This document shows, piece after piece, positions 50,960 through 64,000 of a stretch of DNA of 64,000 nt (its first letter is position 1; every line of letters starts with the position of its first letter). The notes beneath the pieces were generated by a model. The model was not told the origin of the DNA and made no database searches. It saw only the letters and a list, made by a program, of their open reading frames with translations. The translations under genes and the position numbers were made by a program. The stretch comes from Gekko japonicus (Eukaryota): positions 6,110 to 70,109 of the forward strand of contig NW_015173707.1 of the NCBI RefSeq assembly GCF_001447785.1, read 5' to 3'.

Positions 50960-51754
50960 CCAGAGCCAATACTGAGAAGACTCTTAGCATTCTCTTAGCA
51001 GGGTTCTTAACATTTTCTGCCATCCTGCTGCACAAAGACTACATATTAATGCCAGGCAGATGGGGAGATCTAATGAAAACATACTGTTGTGTGTTGAAGC
51101 AAAGTTAGCAAGTGCATACATACAGCTTTGAGCAACATTAGGTGGGGGGCTGAAGTAATTATTTGGAACGGGATGTAAGAAGCGGCCGCTCTGATTATCC
51201 TGATCTCAAATGAAAATTAATTTCTTCTTCCTTCCTAACGTATTCTAACGTTTAGTAAATCATAAACCCGTGGACAGTTCTCCCTAGTCTTTTAATAATT
51301 GTCAAGTGCGTAGCAGCTTAAGCTGTTTGTAAATAATAAATACTTAACATAAATAATAGAGTAAGGTCCCACTAGTAAATAAAACACAGAGCTCTACAAA
51401 GCCTATTACCGCTGATTAAAAAGAAAAGCAATGAATAAAATAAAAATCCTCAAACAAACTTCGTTTGTGAACACCATTCTCAAACACTATCTTGGGCACT
51501 GACACATGGTATCAAAAGGGAAGGTATAGGATGCCACCAGTCCAAGGAACACAATAAATTATTTCTCCTAAGGGGCATCAACCTAATCTAACTTTCAGCA
51601 CCATCAACAAATACATATGAAAAGAGCATACACCCACTTGTGAATCAGTTTGGAAAATGCCATAATCAAAGCAAAACCACTCAAATTATTGCTCATTCTA
51701 CAATACAAGTGATCCTATGTTCTGTGAGTGTATGTGTATGTATGTGTTGACTGT

Positions 51755-51896
51755 AGTAAAGTAAAGGTAAAGGTTTCCCTTTCTCGAAAGCCAGTCGAAT
51801 CCGACTCTAAGGATGCGGTGCTCATCTCCGTTTCCGAGCTGAAGAGCCAGCGCTGTCCAAAGACGTTCCTGTGGTCATGTGGCCGGCATGACTAGT
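51755..51896 (-). mobile_element. Sauria SINE 3' fragment
   Basis: gtaaaggtaaaggt tail followed by gcggtgctcatctccgtttcc...ggtcatgtggccggcatgacta. Confidence 0.8.
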
Positions 51897-52264
51897 CAAC
51901 ACATGCAAATCTTTATATTCCAAGACGGGTAGAAACCCTGTAAACTGACATGCACACCTGGATTTTCTTCTCAAATACTGACATTTCTTTGCAGTAAAAT
52001 ATTTTTTGTAACCCACAGTAAAACTTAAAATATTAAACAGTGGATTTAATTTAAATTACTGCAATTCATAGGGCAGAACACATTTAAATTGTTCTCAGTT
52101 CTCTGGGAAGCATTTTAAAGAAGTTCCTTGTTGCCAACAGTAGGCCCGTAGAGAAATTTAGACATTCAAATTCCCTTTTCCCTTCATTAGCAATTTCATC
52201 ATAAGAATGGAGCAATAGCCAACCTTTTAAGGCCACAAGACAATGTTATTAAGGCAATACTCAC

Positions 52265-52406
52265 CATTATTTTAGGCTTAACAGCAAAATCCTTTTGCCC
52301 TCCAACCTGGATGTGTTTCTTCATGAGACTGAAGTTGTTAAAGCAACAAATAAGCAGGCCACTGCTGTTTGTTCTCAGATTAAAGTCTACATCTTCACAG
52401 AAATAC
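52265..52406 (-). CDS. GREB1L: GREB1L coding exon
   Basis: ccttag|G TAT TTC TGT GAA GAT...ATA ATG|gtgagt, 142 nt, [47 protein letters not shown]. Confidence 0.96.
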
Positions 52407-52491
52407 CTAAGGAATTGAACATTTAACTGATCATGTGTTTGCTGAAGGCAAAGATCTGTAACTTGCACTATGCCTTTTGACTTCTCATAAT

Positions 52492-52884
52492 CAGGGCTAT
52501 TTTGGGGCAGGAAGGCACAGGAACGGAGTTCCGGCTGGCTCCTGAGTTGGCCACGCCCAGCAGGAACTCATTAGCATAATAGGCCACACCTAACAGCAGA
52601 AACTCATTAGGATTGGCTGCATTAGGGGTGTGTGGCCTAACATGCAAAGAAGTTCCTGTTACAAAAAAAGCCCAGGGTTTTGACAACAAAGTAAACAGAA
52701 TAAGAAGCAAAAAGTGGGTGTGGCTGGATGACCACACTTTTGGTAACATGGGTGTGTGTGGCCTAATATGCCAATAAGCTGTGCTATCAGGGGTGTGGCC
52801 TAATATGCTAATGAATTTCTGCTGTTGGGTGTGGCCTGTTATGCTAATGGGTTCCTGCTGGCCTTTTTCTACAAAAAAGCCCTG
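52492..52884. mobile_element. hAT MITE (393 bp) with 8-bp TSD
   Basis: TIRs cagggctattttt and aaaaaagccctg, TSD CTCATAAT at 52484-52491 and 52885-52892, repeated ctcattagcat and gccacacc subterminal motifs. Confidence 0.85.
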
Positions 52885-53444
52885 CTCATAATAAATGTTA
52901 TGAGTAATCACACTGAGACCAGAAATCCAATAATTCTAGATTAAGACAACAAAAAGCTGTCCATTGGCAAAAGCCTTTAAAAGTAGCTTTAAGCAATGTG
53001 GTACCAGAAGTAGTTTGAAATGGGCAAGGCTGTCTATGGGAGGAAGGCTGGACTCTGTTTCTATTCAGTTCAAACCTCAGCTGCCAAATCTGAGCATGAT
53101 TTGTGAGTGCTCAGAGTGGTTTACAATCAGTCATAAAGGACATAAAAAAGAATCAAATACAAGAAAAAACCCCAGTATCAATTTAAATGCCTATACCTTA
53201 TCTGGAAGGCCTTTCACAAAGAAAGACCCCCAACTGAGAAGGCATGAGCCCTAACTAAGACGGCATGAGCCCAAACTATCTCCATCTGGGGATACCACCT
53301 GCAGAGCCTACTGAAAGGATCTAAGCTAGAGAAAAGGGTACTGTAGGGAGAGATGCTCTTTGCAGGTACTTTGACCCTAGATTGTGAAGGACTTTATAGG
53401 TAAAAATGAACACTTTTGAATGCATAAGATTGCTCTTTGGACCA

Positions 53445-53720
53445 AGAAGAGGAGACTGGATTTATACCCCGCCCTTCACTACCCAAGGGAGTCTCAGAGC
53501 GGTTTACAAACTCCTTTCCCTTCCCCTCCCCACAACAGACACCCTGTGAGGTAGGTGGGGCTGAGAGAGCTCTGACAGAAACGGCTCTTTTTCAAGAACA
53601 GCTGTGCCAGAACTACAGCTTGCCCAAGGTCAATCCAGAATGTGCAAGTGGAGGAGTGGGGAATCAAACCCGGTTCTCCCAGATTAGAGTCCACGCACTT
53701 AACCACTACACCAAACTGGC
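53445..53720 (-). mobile_element. Full-length Squam3-like tRNA-derived SINE
   Basis: The reverse complement starts gccagtttggtgtagtggttaag (A box), contains ggtttgattccc (B box) and ends ggtataaatccagtctcctcttctt. Confidence 0.85.
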
Positions 53721-54160
53721 ACTAAGCATTTAAATCTCCCTTCAAATTTCAAACTGACCAAGTGATTCCCTAATGCAACCGTAAATCACATGTGCAAACA
53801 GACCTCAATGCAATATCAAAATACTATTCATAATCTGTGCTGTTGCAAAACTCCTGTTCATTTCACTGCGGGTTTTGGTAGGAAATGTTCTTGAGAGCTA
53901 AGCCTTCCTTCAGCTAGAATGATACTCAAATGTCAGTCTCTCTCTCTTCTTTAAATATATGATTTTCAGGTGGTATTTCAAAACAGCCCAATTGTACACG
54001 AGGGAACTGTGACATCAGGAGTAATTTGGATGGTTCTCTTGACGACGCCTTTCTTAAAAATTTGCTTGTGAGCCTCATTCTTATTTTTAAAAGGGATCAG
54101 GTTTTTTAAAAGGGACCTAGCCTTTGGTATAATTAGCAGCAAAAGATTTGCATTGCTTAC

Positions 54161-54388
54161 CTGTTTAGATCATATTGCACATTTTGAGTCAGATCTATGT
54201 TGAGCAGAATGAAGTCATGGATGTGGCACCTTGAGAAGGGAGCTTTTGGTGGCCTGGAATTCAGTTTGCTCTTCCACTTCTGAATCCCTAGTATTGCATA
54301 GTGGACAATTTTTGGCGTGGCTTCAATGTGCTGCAGGACACTTTTCAAAGACACATTTTTACTGGTTGTTCCTTGATCCATGGACTGA
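54161..54388 (-). CDS. GREB1L: GREB1L coding exon
   Basis: ttcatag|T CAG TCC ATG...AAC AG|gtaagc, 228 nt, ...[30 protein letters not shown]...[19 protein letters not shown]. Confidence 0.95.
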
Positions 54389-54552
54389 CTATGAAAAGTA
54401 AAAGTAGAACATACTGTACTAGATCCCTGCTGCACTCAGAAATTCAAATGTGCGGTCACGTTAAAGCTCTTACAACTGTAAAACTAATATAATACATCAT
54501 TTTAAGTTACACATGGTAAAATGATTAGTTTTTAAATGGCAGTTATGAATGA

Positions 54553-55137
54553 CAAGAAGTGGGGACCCATGATACTTGCGGGAGGGGAGGAGCTCCATGT
54601 GGAGGAGGAAGCGGCCACAGGTGAGCCTTCTCCCCTTCTCCCCCCCCCAGCACCGGCAGCGAGGCCTGAACTCGGCCCGCCAAGCTTTCTCCCTCCCCCC
54701 CAGCAGCTGCGGTGGCGGGGAGGCCTGGGTTCGTAATTCAGTTGCCTCGCTTCCCTGTCAGTGGCTTCCCCCCGGCATCTGATCGTGCCGGGGAGGAAGT
54801 GCGTGGCGGCTCAGGGGATCTATGTGATCCCCCTGCTGCATGTCTCTATGGTGCGGCTTTAAAAAGCCGCACTTTGCCCGTGTCCCCCCCCCCCCCCCCC
54901 CCCGGTGGCGGCGGCGAGGCCGGAGCAGCTCACAGCAGCTGGCCCGCCAAGCCTTCTCCCGCCCCCTCCTGTCCTGGCGGCGGGACAGTTGCCGGGGCAT
55001 TATCTGCGCACGTGCAGGGAACGCTCTTGTACTTTTGGGGGGATTTAAATATCCCCTGTATATTTTTTCAACTTTTTAGATTTTTCTGCATTTAGATATC
55101 CGCACACGGGGGGCACCTCGGCTATTAGATATATAGA
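54553..55137 (-). mobile_element. Possible non-autonomous Helitron-like element (GC-rich)
   Basis: The minus strand begins A|TCTATATATCTAATAG and ends with an imperfect hairpin cccgcaagtatcatggg followed by ..CTTG|T. No TSD. Confidence 0.45.
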
Positions 55138-55365
55138 TTACTGAGTGGTACTGACAACACTTCAGTTTATATTAGATATGGTTTTCCTTTTTTCATTTAA
55201 AACCTGTTTATTGTCAGACACCAAAACTATAACAAAAGTGCAAACTGACCAAGTGATTCCCTAATGCCATAATGTACCAAATCAATTTTCCAAAGCTTGC
55301 ATTGACTTAAAATACTGCTGGAGGCCCCAATCCATGCACCTCCCTGGTTAGGAGACATTGATTAC

Positions 55366-55531
55366 CTGGATTGTTCTGGGATACTATGGCAGTTCCATAA
55401 AACACAAGAGTCATCCATAACAACAATGAAAGGCCAGACACACTGACGCTTGACCCCCAGCTCTTCTAGTCGGTTCCTCTCCAGTTCCAGGTTATGGTAA
55501 GAAAGCTCCTTAATAAGGAATCTGGCTGCAC
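55366..55531 (-). CDS. GREB1L: GREB1L coding exon (acidic MDDS motif of the GREB1-family glycosyltransferase-like domain)
   Basis: ttttag|GT GCA GCC AGA TTC...TCC AG|gtaatc, 166 nt, [46 protein letters not shown]. Not shown in the ORF track. Confidence 0.96.
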
Positions 55532-57200
55532 CTAAAACATATGACAGAGATTATATGAAAGAGAGGAGACTAACGTTCATCTACTGGCCCCTAATCCTCT
55601 TTATTTAACACAAAACAGTTGGACTTCACTATGTACATAATGTAGAAAGGGACTGTTATAAGCTCCTGATGGGGAGCTTATATCCTGATGGGGATATATT
55701 TACTGGAAAGGTGCCAAAGAACATTCTGAAGCCAATAGCAGTTGGACATTGTCAGATTGCCCAGTGAGTGTTCATGCAGAGTCAATCATTTCTCTGACTC
55801 CACCTTGATAAGCTTCAGCACAATGAAAATGTTTCAAGGATTATTTGGAGCATTATTTGTAATCTTCATTAAGGCTCCCTAGAATGATGTAAGTATAGCT
55901 CCAGCCTTGAGATGGGGCATCATTTGTGCTGGGGGGAAGGGGGGCAAGGATGACTTTCAGCAACTGCACCCAGCACCGGCTGTCAGCCAGTCAGCTCTCA
56001 AGCAGCTTCCTGCAGCCTGCCCCAGAGGTCAGCCCATCGTGGCATGGCTGGGGCACGGAGACCTGCAGGCTGCAAGCGTCTCTCTTTGGTACACAGCTCA
56101 GATTGAAAGGAATAGGCTGAAGAGGTGTTTGACATTCAGTAACTCTCTCTCAGCAAAGGAATTTCACTCAGAGCTAATTGGCTGATAGGCCTTGGCGTTT
56201 TTACCTTCGCCCTGGCAAAATAATATATTTACTGTGTATGCTTGTCTGCACTGTTAAAAAGAGCATATCTGTCACAATTGGCTGCCACTGTTTAGGCACT
56301 GGCTGGGAAACATAGCACTGGTTATGCAGGGTGGGTCCTTGCAAAAGGGAAGTCCCCTTAAGGAGCTCTGGGGGCTGACACACTGGTGATGGCTAGGAAC
56401 AGAGATTTTTACTGCTTTCAGCTCTAATACCTGCACTTTGCCCTTGGTTAACCCAACAGGTGGGTTGGGGAAGGTGCTGACAGCAATTGGGTTGTCGGGC
56501 ATATCCACTGTCCCCAGCCTATGCTGTGCCAAGACCTGGGGAACTTATAAACCATAAAGTTGTGGCTGATTCTCCCCAGCGCATGTGCCTGTATCATCCC
56601 CCCCACCCAGTGGAATGGTCCCCACTCCAGGCACAATGGTTTTTCTTAGGAACAAGTCTTTTAAAAAGGCCACATGGAAGCTCTAAGAGAATTTAGCATA
56701 TTCAGCTGTCAAAAACAAATTTAACTCACTGCATGTCAAGCCAAGCTGCTCTTTCATCTTTGTGTTAGCTAGAACCATCTATTTTATTCTATTAAAGCTT
56801 CCTTTGGCACTTTATATTTTTGCCAGATTTTGAAAAAATTATGAGACTTGGAGACAAGGTGAAGACATATAAAATTATCAAGCTTTTTTTTTTTTAAATA
56901 AAGGATTTATAATTATAACCAAAGACAGGAACCAATACAGTGAAGGGAAGTCCAAAGAAATAAGAGAGCATTCAGCTTGAAGTTCCTGCTAGGTCCTCAA
57001 ATGCATTTTAAAGTAACATTTGATTTATTGAATATTAAGCAGATAAGTAATCATTATAGAAACCAGGGGACCTAGGGGACCTTTAGAAGAATTAAATGAT
57101 AAATTCCCAGGTAACTCCTTTTTGGAATTCCTGGAATAAGCACAAATGCCAGCAGCCACTGGCTAATTCGATAATTTAATTAGATTAGTAATTAAATCTG

Positions 57201-59975
<2,775 letters not shown>

Positions 59976-62257
59976 GTTTGTATTTTCCCACATTTCCACC
60001 ATACATGTATAAAGGTGCCGACATTGTTCTTACATTTCCAACAATTCTTGTTAGCCTTTCCATAACACTTTGATATCTTATCTGGTGTCCAGTACCACCT
60101 ATGGAACATCTTCAAAATATTTTCTTTATATGGAATTGCTCTCATCATTTTACTGTATTCCATATTTTAGACCATTGTTCTATTTCTATGAGATGCCCCA
60201 AATCCCTCATCCATGATATCATTGCTCCTTTTACGGTCTTGTCTATTAAGTAATCAGCTAACAAGGAGTTGTATAGTTTTTGTATTAACTTATCAGTTGA
60301 GGAGAGCCAAATCTTGTCTAATTCATTGTTATTATCATAAAATCCTATTTTTTATCCCTATTAAATCTTGACGTTAATTGTAAAGTATCCCACCATGTAA
60401 GTTTTATATTTTGTTTTTCTAATTCTTTATCGGATTTTAGTTTATTATCCTTATTTAACAAATCATTATATGTTATTTTCTTATATTTGTCTATCAGAGT
60501 CTGCTTTGTGTTAGCCTCTATGGGGGCCACCCATTTTGGTATTTTAGTATACAAATTTTTTCTGATTTCTTTCCATATTTTCATTAGCGATCTTCTTAAT
60601 GTGTGTGTATCAAAAGTTTTTCTCGTTTTCTCTTCATCATACCACACATATTTGTGCCACTCCATCATTAGGTTAAATCCTTCTAAATTCAATAGTCTAG
60701 AGTTTTCCAGGAGTATCCATTCTCTTATCCATGTCAACGCAGCTGCTTTGTAATACATTTCCCAACTGGGGAGACCAAAGCCCCCTCTTTCCTTTTTATC
60801 CTGCATAACTTTTCGATTAATTCTTGCTTTTTTTACTGTCCCATATAAATTTGCTACAGATTCTTTCCAGTTCTTGTAAATAAGTGTTTTTTCTTAATAT
60901 TGGTAGATTTTGTGCCAAGAACAAAATCCTTGGCAACACATTCATTTTTATTATTGCTATTTTCCCCATAAATGAANNNNNNNNNNNNNNNNNNNNNNNN
61001 NNNNNNNNNNNNNNNNNNNNNNNNNNNNNNNNNNNNNNNNNNNNNNNNNNNNNNNNNNNNNNNNNNNNNNNNNNNNNNNNNNNNNNNNNNNNNNNNNNNN
61101 NNNNNNNNNNNNNNNNNNNNNNNNNNNNNNNNNNNNNNNNNNNNNNNNNNNNNNNNNNNNNNNNNNNNNNNNNNNNNNNNNNNNNNNNNNNNNNNNNNNN
61201 NNNNNNNNNNNNNNNNNNNNNNNNNNNNNNNNNNNNNNNNNNNNNNNNNNNNNNNNNNNNNNNNNNNNNNNNNNNNNNNNNNNNNNNNNNNNNNNNNNNN
61301 NNNNNNNNNNNNNNNNNNNNNNNNNNNNNNNNNNNNNNNNNNNNNNNNNNNNNNNNNNNNNNNNNNNNNNNNNNNNNNNNNNNNNNNNNNNNNNNNNNNN
61401 NNNNNNNNNNNNNNNNNNNNNNNNNNNNNNNNNNNNNNNNNNNNNNNNNNNNNNNNNNNNNNNNNNNNNNNNNNNNNCATATTACCAGTACCTCATGATA
61501 TGTTCCCTTATCAGAATGGAAGGAAGTGTAAAATTATTAAATTCTAAGTTGAGGAAAGCTACAACACACAGTTAGAAGGAACACATTTTCTTTTTCATTC
61601 CATGTTGAAAGTAATAGGTCAGAAGCAAATTGTCTTAAACAGGTATGCCCTTAACACTTAGCTGCAGCAATTAAATTAATCGCTCACCAATTAATCACCA
61701 AAATCTTTAGTTGACTGATCTACCAATTAAAGTTTGGAGCCCTATTTCATAATGTACTGTAATAACTGTTTTGCTGTCAGATGAGGACACATTAAGCACA
61801 TACAAAGCATCAGATTTAAATAACACTGTACTGGACATTTAATCTCCATACTGCAAAAAGCAGATACAAGGAAAACTGTACAGTAAATTAAGTAGTACAG
61901 TATTTACTCAAAGGTAGGCAACCCTGAAGGTAAGACATCCCTCCCCCTTTTTTTAACTGGACATAACTGTAACTTGTATGAAAATGTAAGATGTCCCATA
62001 TACATGACTTTCTTCTGAGTAGACCCACTTCGTCTTGCTCCCTCAAGTCTGTCTTAGCCTAACCTAATTCACAGAGATGGAGTGCGGATAAAATGGAAGG
62101 GGGCAGAGAACCATGTAAACCTCCCTGAGTGCCTTGAAGAAATGGCAGGATAAAAAATGTAGAGAGATCCTGACCAATTTGTCTGAACGTCTCACTCTCT
62201 TTCCTCTCCCCTAAAAACAAGAGAAAAGCCTGCATTCTGGCCTCTCATTTTGCCTCA

Positions 62258-62467
<210 letters not shown>

Positions 62468-63600
62468 CTATTGGAAGGACAAAAAAAAGATTACTGTCTT
62501 GGATAGTCATGGTATACATCCATCTCTCCTGAAGGGACACATATACACCAGTAAAACAAGTATCCTGCCAAGGGGAGGCAGTGCCCTATTTTCCTATTCC
62601 ACGTCTTTTCATTTGCCTCTCTTTCCCATAAAAATCAATGGCTCCAACTGACTTTCATAGGAAAAATATATGACTGCTATCAGGAAGGCAACTGACATTG
62701 GGTAAAGTTTTCTATTCTTCCCATACCCTGGGGTTCTCACTTCAGTTGTGTTGCCAAATCGCAGCATTTTAATTTTTCTCTCTCATGGAAATCAAACAGA
62801 ACCATGACTGTAAAAGGCAGTGCTGATAGCAATATGATATATGCTGTCATGCGTAAACACTCTGCCATTCTGCTCTCTCTACAGAACAAACAGGACAGCT
62901 CCCATGCAAAAGAATCAATATACCCAATTTGGCACACACACACCCGATTTAGTAAATGGAGCCATGTTCAAAGGGGAGAAATGGTTCTACAAATCCAGCT
63001 TTCAGAAAAATACTGAAACTTAACTTAAAGAAGGGGCAGTGGTTGAAACCCCCTTCCCAAAACACAGGTGTGTTGTTTGCATATGTGTGGACAAAGCACC
63101 TCCATACAAGAGGTGTGCTACCTGATGGTACAGCCACACTTTGATGTTCTTGTGTTGAAGAACTGTTGACTTTCAGCTGAGTAACAAAGGGTGACTCTAG
63201 AAAGAAACTGCTGAATTGGAATTTGTTAATAGGCTTCACATTACTACCCCACTCCATAAAAGAAGATTTGGAATTTCTTACTCATTACAGGTGTTAATTA
63301 TCTTAGCACCCCTCCTCAAAGTAAACATATAATAGGGTTCCCAGACCCCCAGTCGGGGCAGGGGATCCCCCAATTTTCACAGCTTTTGCCCACCGCCGGC
63401 CAGCTGGTCACTGGGGAGAACCCCACCCCCAAACACTGACATAATGAGGTAACATCCCCAATGGAAGTCGTTGGCAAGTCACGTGGTGACATTCTGCTTT
63501 TTGGGCATAACTCTATGGTTTGAGCCCAATTTTAACCATAGAGTTTGCCCCAAACATAGAGTTAACCATAGAGTTTGCCCTGCATAACTTCGCTGGCACA

Positions 63601-64000
63601 TTTTAAAAAAGTTTATTTATTATTTATATCACACATATCAACATATCGAGTGCAATACATTTATCATTGCGAGACATTTTTTTGTCTTCTCTAACCAGAC
63701 ATAAAACTTCTTCCATCTTTTTTCAAATATGTCATATTCCTTTCCTTGCAAAAGTACATTTAATCTGTCCATCTCAGCTAATGTCAACATTTTGTCTAAC
63801 AGTTCTTCCTTAGGGTGAATTTTTTCTCCTTTCCAGTATTTTGCTAGTAAGATTCTTGCCGCAGTAAAAGTGTAGCTTATTAAATATTTATTCTCACTAC
63901 TATAATAATTTGGGAGCATATTCAATAGAGCTATCTCGGGTGAGAACGGTATATCCAGTCCTGTAATCTCTTTTAATATTTTGTATATCTTAGACCAGTA
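63601..64000 (-). mobile_element. L1 ORF2 3' end (duplicate copy)
   Basis: Matches 59575-59975 with a few substitutions. Confidence 0.88.

Noticed and set aside
56205-56300. Minus-strand donor-like site (CGAAG|gtaaaa) suggesting an extra GREB1L exon
   Set aside because: The exons at 58239-58443 and 55366-55531 already join in frame (NAGV-G-AARF), and this segment's translation does not resemble GREB1L.

Overview
Vertebrate genomic window, most likely a gecko or other squamate judging by its repeats (Sauria SINE, Squam3-like SINEs, 5S-derived SINEs, BovB, CR1, Penelope-like, L1, hAT MITEs). It is a draft assembly with four N gaps. It covers the conserved ABHD3-(SNRPD1)-ESCO1-GREB1L block: the last five coding exons of ABHD3 (+), the complete coding sequence of ESCO1 (+; 9 coding exons, 1013 aa, CpG-island promoter near 14 kb), and the last seven coding exons of GREB1L (-), convergent with ESCO1. 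The main observations are: (1) an apparent 11-nt frameshifting deletion with a premature stop in an ABHD3 exon; (2) no intact SNRPD1 in its usual slot between ABHD3 and ESCO1, only a possible decayed exon and an orphan CpG patch; (3) a stop-containing 118-nt cassette exon in ESCO1 that folds into a nested hairpin; (4) a 2.9-kb hAT element carrying CpG-island-like cargo inside an ESCO1 intron; (5) a 5S-derived SINE inserted directly at an ESCO1 poly(A) signal; (6) a ~2.5-kb duplication of a GREB1L exon across a gap, probably an uncollapsed haplotype. All comparisons with human proteins are from memory, not from alignments. I found no clear new biological system; the findings are hypotheses to test.
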